A stretch of 64,000 nt of DNA, taken from positions 1,343-65,342 of the forward strand of contig JBJLJN010000013.1 of the NCBI GenBank assembly GCA_045559735.1, written 5' to 3'. A program made the position numbers and the translations under genes. Position 1 is the stretch's first letter. Each line of letters starts with the position of its first letter. This stretch comes from Candidatus Thalassarchaeum sp. (GTDB lineage Archaea > Thermoplasmatota > Poseidoniia > Poseidoniales > Thalassarchaeaceae). The notes beneath the pieces are model-generated. The model was not told the DNA's origin and made no database searches. It saw nothing but the letters and a program-made list of their open reading frames with translations. Shown here in pieces: positions 9,168-17,125 of the stretch.

Positions 9168-10727
9168 CTAAGGTCTGATATCAATGCAGAACTGCGCGGA
9201 ATTTTCTATCGAGTCCTCGGTCATAGTCAGCCGACCAACCCATTCAATCGGCTCTCCAATCTGCACCTGCTGACTCGACTCGGTACCGTCGCCCAGCAGA
9301 CAGACTCTCTCTTCGCTACCGGAGCGCTCAATCCACTGATCTCCATCTTCATCCATCACAGCCTCTCCGGTAATCTGAACCTTCCAGCCGATATTCCATT
9401 TCCAAGAGTTGTAACCATCACCCCAATTGAGGACAGTTGGTTCTGGAATCTCCCCTAGAAGCCATGAGCGAGCCTCGAGCACTACTCTACCGTCCGCGAC
9501 CGACCAAAGCACTGTAGCATTGAATCGAATCTCCTGCCCCGGCTCAATCCATTCCGAGTGCTCTCCGACAAGATGCAGTCTCAGCTTGGTATCGCGGTCG
9601 TAGTATCCTTCACCGTCCCCAACGTATCCCTTGTCATAATCAGGAGAAATCGGGTCAGTTACCCAACCCTCGAACTGGTAACTGTCCCCCACATATGAGA
9701 AGGGATCCTCTGCAATGTCCTTTAGTGGAATAATATCATCTCCGAACTGGCCCGGAGGAAATTGTAATGACTCGACATAGCCTCGGTCCAAACAGACCTC
9801 GGCTTCATTGTTTGACCAGGCTAGTCTACCTCCCCAGTCACCACTCTGTCCGACTATGTCGGATTCTAGATCCTCGGGTGAGGGCAGCAGGCACAGTCTG
9901 TCGTTAGGAGAATCACCCTCAATCCACCAATCCTCGCCGTCACTTGCAATGGTGCCATCGATCATCACCAACTTGCCGACCTCATAGGTCAGAGTGTACG
10001 GCTCGACCTCCCAGCTGAGGTATAGAACCTCACCCTCTCCACCAGGCAGAACCTCAACCTCGGTGGCCTGCACCAGCAGCCTCCAGCGGTACGATCGCTC
10101 GTCGAACTGCAACCATCCGCTTGCTCTGACATGACTTCCGGCCTCAACCCATTCCATTACCCTGCCCTCGATCTGTATGTACAGTAGGTGATCGGCTCCT
10201 CCATATGCCTGATTGTCCATCAGGTACAACGAGTGGTAGGTCACATCAGGGGCGAGCGACTCGCTTAGCCAACCATCGATAGTGAGAGATTGGTTAGCGA
10301 AGGATTCTGGATTCCGACCAACCTCGACCAACTTGGTCTCAGTGAACTCGATTACCTCGTCCTTAGTCACTATTGCACCATATCCATTTGATTGTAGCCA
10401 TATCCTACCATTCCATTCGGACACCTCTCCCTCTACGGTAACTACTGTTCCGATCGGAGGAACATCGTTAGTCCAGTCGACATTCCAGCGCACCTTCGCA
10501 ACAGAGTGCCCTCCAATTTCTTGGACTTGCAAGTCTATCCGGTCAGCGCCCTCTCCGTACGGGTCGCGAACATATCCTGTAAGCACACCCTCAATCTTCA
10601 CGGTCTCCCTAGGGTAGTTCCGTATCTCGTCTATTTCTATCATATCAGGCTCCCTTATCACAGCGTAGAAGTTCATCGCCGAGACAAGAAGAAGCGATGT
10701 GAAGAACATCACCCAAAGCTTCGCCAT
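9168..10727 (-). CDS. Membrane-anchored/secreted protein with internally duplicated beta-barrel (OB-fold-like) modules, function unknown
   Basis: The ORF is trimmed to MAKLWVMFFTSLLLVSAM (ATG 10727..10725), a signal/anchor sequence. Clear internal repeats: DGTIASDGEDWWIEGDSPNDRLCLLPSPED vs TGEAVMDEDGDQWIERSGSEERVCLLGDG. Also IEGVLTGYV..TVVTVEGEVSEWNGRIWLQ vs YQFEGWVTDP... Confidence 0.6.
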   Translation of the reverse strand: MAKLWVMFFTSLLLVSAMNFYAVIREPDMIEIDEIRNYPRETVKIEGVLTGYVRDPYGEGADRIDLQVQEIGGHSVAKVRWNVDWTNDVPPIGTVVTVEGEVSEWNGRIWLQSNGYGAIVTKDEVIEFTETKLVEVGRNPESFANQSLTIDGWLSESLAPDVTYHSLYLMDNQAYGGADHLLYIQIEGRVMEWVEAGSHVRASGWLQFDERSYRWRLLVQATEVEVLPGGEGEVLYLSWEVEPYTLTYEVGKLVMIDGTIASDGEDWWIEGDSPNDRLCLLPSPEDLESDIVGQSGDWGGRLAWSNNEAEVCLDRGYVESLQFPPGQFGDDIIPLKDIAEDPFSYVGDSYQFEGWVTDPISPDYDKGYVGDGEGYYDRDTKLRLHLVGEHSEWIEPGQEIRFNATVLWSVADGRVVLEARSWLLGEIPEPTVLNWGDGYNSWKWNIGWKVQITGEAVMDEDGDQWIERSGSEERVCLLGDGTESSQQVQIGEPIEWVGRLTMTEDSIENSAQFCIDIRP

Positions 10728-10829
10728 GCACACACACGGAAGGACACCGTGCTTCAAGGTTGAGAGGGCTCGTCAAGCATCTCCGTAGCGAAGATAACTT
10801 CATTTCACAGAGTGCACGAGACGAGTTAG

Positions 10830-10903
10830 GGACCCGTAGCTCAGTTGGTTAGAGCGCTCGGCTCATAACCGAGTGGTCATCGGTTCAAATCCGGTCGGGT
10901 CCA
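10830..10903 (+). tRNA. tRNA with CAU anticodon (elongator tRNA-Met or archaeal tRNA-Ile2)
   Basis: Hand-folded cloverleaf of 74 nt. Acceptor stem GGACCCG/CGGGTCC with discriminator A. D arm GCTC-AGTTGGTTA-GAGC. Anticodon arm CTCGG-CTCATAA-CCGAG (anticodon CAT). Variable loop TGGTC. T arm ATCGG-TTCAAAT-CCGGT. No encoded CCA. G1:C72 argues against an archaeal initiator. Confidence 0.9.
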
Positions 10904-10991
10904 CTCCGCCTACTTCACAGGCTCAGCAACCGGCTTCTAGTGGTCCAGTTCGTGCGAAGCCTCAAATACGGTCTCAGGGGGCCTCGATGTG

Positions 10992-11924
10992 ATGACAAAA
11001 GCGCGTTCGGTCCGGCCGGCAGTAATGATTCTGGCTGTATATTTCCTAAGCACTTGGATGGGTGCAGCGGCAGTTCAGGCCCAAGGGCCTGTTCCTGACA
11101 TCACTCTCAGCTGCCAGCAACCGCAGCCCATTGATGTGTATCCTGGCGCCACAAGGACCACCATAATCGACTGCACGCTGGAGAATCCGACTATCCATCA
11201 GGAGAAGGTAAACGTCCAGATTCAGTCCGGTTCTCTTGCAGCCGCCGGCCCTGCTTCCATGACAGTCGGATCGCAGTCTGATGTGTCATTCCAAGTCGTC
11301 GCCAGAGCTGATCTGAGAATGCCCGAAGGCTCACAGATTATCTCAATCACAGCCGAGGTCGTTCAGGCCGATGGAATTACTTGGGTCGGGACTCCAACCA
11401 CTTACAAGGTTCTGGCAGTGATTAGGCAGTTCAGCCGCCTTAGAGTCGCCTCCGAGGTCGCATTCCTACAACTCAGGCCCAAGGTTGACTACATGCTGAC
11501 CTTCGATGTCTACAACGACGGCAACGCGATGGATAGATTCAATGTCGGCGTCGAGAACTACGGCGACCTAAATGACGAGGGCTTCCAACTCAGCATCCCT
11601 CTGGTCTCAGTCGAGATAGAGTCGATGGCTCCTGCCGAGAAGATATACGTGCAGATGAGAACTCCAAAGAACCAAGGCTGGACGGACAAATACTTCTCTT
11701 TAATGTTCAAGGCCACTTCTGAATATTCGGTCAGAACTGAAGGTATTCCGAATTACCAGATACAGACGATGACGATATACATCAGAGGCGTCTATCTGCC
11801 TGGATTCGAGTTAGTGGGCACTATGATGATCACTACTCTCGCAGCGGCAGCAATAGCAGGTAGGTACCGCGACGATGACGATGATCCGGACGAACCCAGA
11901 GAGCTCGACGCGCGTCTCTTCTGA
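10992..11924 (+). CDS. Exported surface protein (CARDB-like beta-sandwich repeats) with a PGF-CTERM-like C-terminal anchor
   Basis: Signal peptide MTKARSVRPAVMILAVYFLSTWMGAAAVQAQG. CARDB-like strings (LTFDVYNDGNAMDRFNVGVENYG). C-terminus LPGFELVGTMMITTLAAAAIAGRYR followed by an acidic tail. The ORF track starts at GTG 10989; ATG at 10992 is preferred. Confidence 0.7.
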   Translation: MTKARSVRPAVMILAVYFLSTWMGAAAVQAQGPVPDITLSCQQPQPIDVYPGATRTTIIDCTLENPTIHQEKVNVQIQSGSLAAAGPASMTVGSQSDVSFQVVARADLRMPEGSQIISITAEVVQADGITWVGTPTTYKVLAVIRQFSRLRVASEVAFLQLRPKVDYMLTFDVYNDGNAMDRFNVGVENYGDLNDEGFQLSIPLVSVEIESMAPAEKIYVQMRTPKNQGWTDKYFSLMFKATSEYSVRTEGIPNYQIQTMTIYIRGVYLPGFELVGTMMITTLAAAAIAGRYRDDDDDPDEPRELDARLF

Positions 11925-11997
11925 CCTCAGTTAGAACATCGGATTAGTCAACGGGTTGATAACCGACCTCTGTGACGTGCGCATGTAGGGGAGTTAG

Positions 11998-13209
11998 ATG
12001 AGTGACGGGGGTCTGCTACAGAAGGCGATAGAGCAGCAGTCCGGTTCTCAAGACGAACCCGTACTCATGGCTGACGTGCAACCTGCCGCTTCTACAGGAT
12101 TTATTTCCGCCCCGATTCGTTCAGGTGCCGGCTTAGCCGTATTAGCTCTAATCTCGTCTTTAATAGTCTCAAGACCAAGTGTCCAGAGTGAGTATTCATT
12201 TTTGGGAATCATCCCCCTTCTAATTTTCGCAATCTCGTTCTATCTTGTGTGGAATGCAATCGGAAGGAAGCAGACTGCTGCAATAGCCGTAGTCTATCTC
12301 CTGCTCGCAGCTTCACCTTATCTGGTCATGAGCCTCACCGCAGGAGAGATTACAGTAACTGACTCTGAACTTTCAGACGATTCAACCACCATCACTTTGA
12401 CCATCAGAGAATCTGGCGCAATCCTAGGGTCATCTGTGGATTCTGCAGATGTTTCAATCACCTACGATGGTGACGAAGTATACTCGGAATCGATGGCCTT
12501 CTCAATTAACAGAGAGGATGGGTACAGTAAGTATGGAGAAATAGATCTGACTGTAGTAGATTGGTACGACGGAAACGCAGCCGACGATGCTGAGTATGTC
12601 GTGACCGTCGATGTTGGCAGTTCTTCTGACTCTATGCAACTGCAGTCTCGGCATCTACAGAGGACCGTTGATGACGTGAAAGGGGAGACCTTAGGGGCTA
12701 TTGGTCTAGGCAACGACTGCGGAGAATCCAAGGACTCTTGTATAATCGGTGTTGCTCTGAAATCATGGTCCGGTTTGGATGCACTCGGAGACAATCCACC
12801 AGGGGCTCTTCCGTTTGCAGACTATACGGTACAAGCCAACATGTATTTTGACTCCAGTGTTGTTATCTCTTACCCTCTAGTCACAGTTGTGAATGGGGTC
12901 GCTGAGTGGGATTCAGGCAACGGAGAGTACGGAGGAGGTAGCGCTCTGTTGGCCGACGACGGTTCCGAACTTCCTCTGCCTGGTTCGGTTGAGTCATTCG
13001 AACTCAATACCAAGTACGTTCCAATCGAGGACTGGGCGGTAAACGACTACGGATGCTATCACTTCACAGTCGAGGTCACGCAGACCTCACCTTGGTCCGA
13101 TGGCGCGACCTTGTCTCAAACCTCATTCTACGAGTACACTGAGGAAGGCGGCGAGACTGGTGGCAACCCTACTAACGAGGCATGGACAAGGGTTACTAGT
13201 TGTGACTAG
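11998..13209 (+). CDS. Membrane protein (N-terminal TM helices plus acidic extracellular domain), function unknown
   Basis: 403-aa ORF with ATG at 11998, preceded by GGGGAG 5-10 nt upstream. Hydrophobic helices GAGLAVLALISSLIVS, LGIIPLLIFAISFYLVW and AAIAVVYLLLAASPYLVMSL. The remainder is acidic and Ser/Asp-rich. Confidence 0.65.
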   Translation: MSDGGLLQKAIEQQSGSQDEPVLMADVQPAASTGFISAPIRSGAGLAVLALISSLIVSRPSVQSEYSFLGIIPLLIFAISFYLVWNAIGRKQTAAIAVVYLLLAASPYLVMSLTAGEITVTDSELSDDSTTITLTIRESGAILGSSVDSADVSITYDGDEVYSESMAFSINREDGYSKYGEIDLTVVDWYDGNAADDAEYVVTVDVGSSSDSMQLQSRHLQRTVDDVKGETLGAIGLGNDCGESKDSCIIGVALKSWSGLDALGDNPPGALPFADYTVQANMYFDSSVVISYPLVTVVNGVAEWDSGNGEYGGGSALLADDGSELPLPGSVESFELNTKYVPIEDWAVNDYGCYHFTVEVTQTSPWSDGATLSQTSFYEYTEEGGETGGNPTNEAWTRVTSCD

Positions 13210-14927
13210 TGCTCATCTTTAGAATACTCTGAGTCAGATTCCTCATCCTCTAAGATGGCATCTGAGGCGCGCCTGAGCATCGTGGCACCTGCAATCGCCA
13301 TTGCCACTATGATAGCAGCCAGCAGAGGTAGCACTGGCAGAGAATCATCTTCGACGGGCTCAGTCCAGGTCGCCGGTAATGTCGTCATACTGCCTCCTCC
13401 AAAGGCATCATCCTCAACCAACTGCGTTGGAGTTAGTATGCGACAAGACAGAGAAGCATCTCCAATCTGAGAATACCTCCATCCAAATGACACTTCGACT
13501 GTCTCTCCCGCATCTATCCTGACTTGCTGATATCCTCCGATATCTGCTTCTAAACCAGTTTCGGCAACTTCGCATGTGAAGTAGAGTAGAGCCGCAGCAG
13601 TTCCTCTATTGGCCAAGTTAGCAACCACAGGCATTGACTGTCCTCTTGCTTTGGATGTTGAATCCTCACGTATTGTTAGAGACTCCCATTCAACATATGG
13701 AATTCCAGAATCCAGAACGATGGATTCTGACCAATCTAGACTCGCTAATCCTCCTCCATAGTTACCTATCTCAGACGAAGCCGGGTTCCAACCAGTTTCG
13801 TAAGAGATAACCTCGATTGTCGCAGACTCGGACCAGACAGTTCCATCAGCCCAGCCAATCTCAATCACTCTCTCATTTCCGCCATTTACGTATGCAATTC
13901 CATTTTCATCACTGAATACCTCTTGAGTTGACTCCTGAGGGCCGATACCAGAGAGTCTCAGAACTACATACTTAGCATCAAGCTCCAGTGTCTGCTCTGC
14001 TAACCTTCTCTCCCATCTATCGATTAGGCCTCCTGATCCAGAGGCAGTTTGGCTCCAGTAAATCAACGAATCAGGCCCTGCTCTGATATCATGATCATCC
14101 AAACTCATTGAGAATGATGACAAAGTACCCATGTCAAAAGCGCCTGAGTTTCCAACTATGACTGGTCCAACTCTGTCGAATTCAGTACCCAAGGCTAACA
14201 CTCCTGTAAGTGAGTCGCCACCCAATCCCCCATCGACAAATATCTGAGCACCCAGAATAGTCGAACTGTATGTATTCATTGTTCCATCAACAAATATTTG
14301 GAACCCCGGTTCGCCTGCTCCCATCATGTTCATTGTTTCTAATTCAGAGCCTAGAATGGTAGTCTCTCCCCCTGCCTCGGTACTGATTGTAATCGAGGCT
14401 ACATACGAAGAACTCGTTGAATAACCTGTAAGTCCAATCCAGACATCACCAGTACCATCCTCAAAGTAAAATGTATGGGAACTTCCATTGAGAGTAATCC
14501 ACTCTGCGCCAATATGTGCTGTATCGCCGAAGTAACTATCTCCTACAATTGTACTCATCTCTACTTCAAATGAACCGGAAATACCTTCTCCCGGTACCTT
14601 GAATTTGGAAATATTTTGCTCGTCCCAATATCCCATACTAGCTATTGCCGTTGGTGGGGCTTGGGCGATTAATGAAGAACGATCTAATGTGAGCTTACCA
14701 CCATCATCGACATGTATGCTTGAGCCAGAGACCATCTCAATATCTGCTTCCTCAATCGTTAAATGACCACCGTCAATTATCCTAATTGTATCTTCAATGG
14801 TTTCATCTCCATTCCAAGTGACATTTCCACTGATTACGGTCTCTGAATCCTCAGCGAAAACCACCCCTGAGACCAGGAGAACGGAGGAAATCATCAGAAT
14901 GGATTGTAGCAATGCGGCGCACCTCAT
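13206..14927 (-). CDS. Exported surface protein with C-terminal TM anchor and acidic tail, function unknown
   Basis: Signal peptide MRCAALLQSILMISSVLLVSGVVFA. Repetitive beta-rich sequence and a CARDB-like segment (VVANLANRGTAAALLYFTCEV). C-terminal helix LPLLAAIIVAMAIAGATML then RRASDAILEDEESDSEYSKDEH. Its stop overlaps the stop of the convergent ORF 11998..13209. Confidence 0.7.
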   Translation of the reverse strand: MRCAALLQSILMISSVLLVSGVVFAEDSETVISGNVTWNGDETIEDTIRIIDGGHLTIEEADIEMVSGSSIHVDDGGKLTLDRSSLIAQAPPTAIASMGYWDEQNISKFKVPGEGISGSFEVEMSTIVGDSYFGDTAHIGAEWITLNGSSHTFYFEDGTGDVWIGLTGYSTSSSYVASITISTEAGGETTILGSELETMNMMGAGEPGFQIFVDGTMNTYSSTILGAQIFVDGGLGGDSLTGVLALGTEFDRVGPVIVGNSGAFDMGTLSSFSMSLDDHDIRAGPDSLIYWSQTASGSGGLIDRWERRLAEQTLELDAKYVVLRLSGIGPQESTQEVFSDENGIAYVNGGNERVIEIGWADGTVWSESATIEVISYETGWNPASSEIGNYGGGLASLDWSESIVLDSGIPYVEWESLTIREDSTSKARGQSMPVVANLANRGTAAALLYFTCEVAETGLEADIGGYQQVRIDAGETVEVSFGWRYSQIGDASLSCRILTPTQLVEDDAFGGGSMTTLPATWTEPVEDDSLPVLPLLAAIIVAMAIAGATMLRRASDAILEDEESDSEYSKDEH

Positions 14928-15019
14928 AGTTCAGATTCGATGAGAGTGCCATGAATAGTTTTGCCCGCCATTCTTCGGATAGGGTTCATTCGCCGTCTCT
15001 GTCTGGAAGGCCCGTGAGC

Positions 15020-15694
15020 ATGTCGCCGCTGTTCCCTGCACCCGACTCTGTGGACTTTGCTTTGAACATCATCACGGTGTTGATGATGTATGGGCCATTC
15101 TATTTGGCAAATACAGGTGCAATGCTGTTTGGAAAGTGGATTCCCGACAGGCTGGGATTCAGAAGCGTGATTATCGACGGAGGTAGAGATTGGAGCGATG
15201 GCTACCGAATTCTGGGGGATGGAAAGACGTGGAATGGAATGTTTGGCGGTGCTGTTTTCTCAGGACTTCTTACTATGTTTGCTCACCACATATGGAGATC
15301 AAACACACCTCCTGATGCAAGGCCATTCATTGACCCTACTCTTTTCAGTGATTCATCTGATTGGTTCTGGCTTGGAGGTGAGTGGGGAGCAGCCTTCGTC
15401 ATGGGATTCACCCTTGGAATCGCTTGTATGCTCGGCGACACAGCCGGCTCCTTCGTGAAGCGTCGTCGCGGCCTGAAAAGAGAGGGTGATGAAAGCTCTA
15501 AGGCCCCACTACTCGATACTGTTCCATTTGCCCTGTCGATTTTCCTGTTCTCCTTCCTTCTTTTCGATGACCAAATTATCATGCATGAGCAATTGCACGG
15601 CGAGATTTTCACTCTACTGATTCTGACGCCAATCATCCACAGACTATTCAATGTCCTAGGATACAGGCTAGGTCTCAAGTCGGTCCCATACTAG
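15020..15694 (+). CDS. carS: CDP-archaeol synthase (CDP-2,3-bis-O-geranylgeranyl-sn-glycerol synthase)
   Basis: Matches CarS/DUF46 hallmarks: NTGAMLFG.., DGGRDWSDGYRILGDGKTWNGMFGG, GDTAGSFVKRRRGLKREG, LLDTVPF and the C-terminal LGYRLGLKSVPY. The ORF opens at 14951; the Met at 15020 (MSPLFPAP..) gives a CarS-like length. The start is uncertain. Confidence 0.85.
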   Translation: MSPLFPAPDSVDFALNIITVLMMYGPFYLANTGAMLFGKWIPDRLGFRSVIIDGGRDWSDGYRILGDGKTWNGMFGGAVFSGLLTMFAHHIWRSNTPPDARPFIDPTLFSDSSDWFWLGGEWGAAFVMGFTLGIACMLGDTAGSFVKRRRGLKREGDESSKAPLLDTVPFALSIFLFSFLLFDDQIIMHEQLHGEIFTLLILTPIIHRLFNVLGYRLGLKSVPY

Positions 15695-15724
15695 AAAGCC
15701 CCGGGCGGAATCCATTATCTCCCT

Positions 15725-17011
15725 ATGGCCTCACGCACATGCATGCCTCCTCTCTCTGTCTTAGTTGTAGGAGGAGGGGGCAGAGAACACGCCCTATGCA
15801 TTGGTCTTGCCAACAGCCCCTCGGTGGGTGCTGTGCACTGCTCGCCCGGGAATGCAGGGACGTCCATGGTCGCGACCAATCACGAAGTTTCAATCAGTGA
15901 GACTGAGGAAATAGTCACCTTGGCTCTTCAATTGGAGGTCAATCTTGTCGTCGTAGGTCCAGAGGCCCCTCTTGTAGGCGGTCTAGCTGATTCTCTAAGG
16001 AAGTCTGGAATCTCCTGCTTCGGGCCGCACTCCGAGGGGGCACGTCTGGAAGCTTCCAAACTACATGCCAAGGAGATCATGAAATCCTTGGGCGTGCCTA
16101 CTGGGGGCCACATAGTCGTAGATGATCCATCTTTGGTTCAAAGCGCACTTGACAAGTTCGATGCCCCTTGGGTGATAAAGCGAGATGTGCTAGCGGCTGG
16201 CAAGGGCGTCACTGTCAGTTCAGAAAGGCATGTTGCCGAGCAAGCACTGTTGGAAGGAATTGACTTGGACGGGTTCGTACTGCTCGAGCAACATCTCTCC
16301 GGAGAAGAGGCGTCTGTGCTCGTCGTGATGGACGAATCCGGATACATCTGCTTGCCCGCAAGTCAGGATCACAAGAGAGTAGGAGAAGGCGACACAGGAC
16401 CAAATACCGGTGGAATGGGTGCTTACGCCCCGGCTCCAGTTGTCTCTAAATCAGTCATGCACAGGGTCACTCACGAGATTGTCGAACCCATGCACCATCA
16501 CCTCAGGAATCAAGAGATTCCCTATCGAGGGTGCCTGTATGTCGGACTGATGATCGATGAGGACGGCTCACCGGGAGTAATCGAATTCAACGTCAGGTTC
16601 GGAGATCCTGAGACCCAAGTCACTATCCCCCTAATCTCAAGTGATCTCGGACAACTCCTACTCGCTTGTGCTGAGGGTAGAGTGAAAGAGGAGGAATGTG
16701 AGTTCCATGAGTTGAGTGCAGCCACAGTTGTACTAGCCTCGGAGGGATATCCGGCGACATCGTCGACGGGCAGAATCATCACCGGAAGTGAAGTCAGAAT
16801 CGAAGAGGGGATGACATCAGCTTACGTCCACTACGCCGGGACCGTGCTGAGGGATGAAGAAAGACCAGTTTCTTCGGGGGGGAGGGTGCTGTCCGCGACC
16901 GGATTAGCCCCTACTCTGGGCGATGCAGTGAGTGCCGCTTACGAGTTGATTGAATGCATTGAACTAGAGGGTTCTCACTACAGATCAGACATCGCTTATC
17001 GGGCTCTATAG
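15725..17011 (+). CDS. purD: Phosphoribosylamine-glycine ligase (GAR synthetase)
   Basis: 428 aa. N-terminal VLVVGGGGREHAL, ATP-grasp core (VIKRDVLAAGKGV, EEASVLVVMD), GDTGPNTGGMGAYAP, EFNVRFGDPETQ and C-terminal GGRVLSATG. Confidence 0.95.
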   Translation: MASRTCMPPLSVLVVGGGGREHALCIGLANSPSVGAVHCSPGNAGTSMVATNHEVSISETEEIVTLALQLEVNLVVVGPEAPLVGGLADSLRKSGISCFGPHSEGARLEASKLHAKEIMKSLGVPTGGHIVVDDPSLVQSALDKFDAPWVIKRDVLAAGKGVTVSSERHVAEQALLEGIDLDGFVLLEQHLSGEEASVLVVMDESGYICLPASQDHKRVGEGDTGPNTGGMGAYAPAPVVSKSVMHRVTHEIVEPMHHHLRNQEIPYRGCLYVGLMIDEDGSPGVIEFNVRFGDPETQVTIPLISSDLGQLLLACAEGRVKEEECEFHELSAATVVLASEGYPATSSTGRIITGSEVRIEEGMTSAYVHYAGTVLRDEERPVSSGGRVLSATGLAPTLGDAVSAAYELIECIELEGSHYRSDIAYRAL

Positions 17012-17125
17012 CGATTTCTTATGCCGATTCACGGAGCTTGAATTAGCCAACCATTCTACGAATGGTTATAACATCCAGTCAAATCGGCGCGACGCTGGCC
17101 TTTAGGTCGAACACGGTGATTGACG

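Noticed and set aside
10758-10991. tRNA flanks checked for an integrase, att-like direct repeats or island boundaries.
   Set aside because: No integrase or recombinase ORF lies nearby, and I could see no repeat of the tRNA 3' end within the window. The flanking genes are ordinary surface-protein genes.
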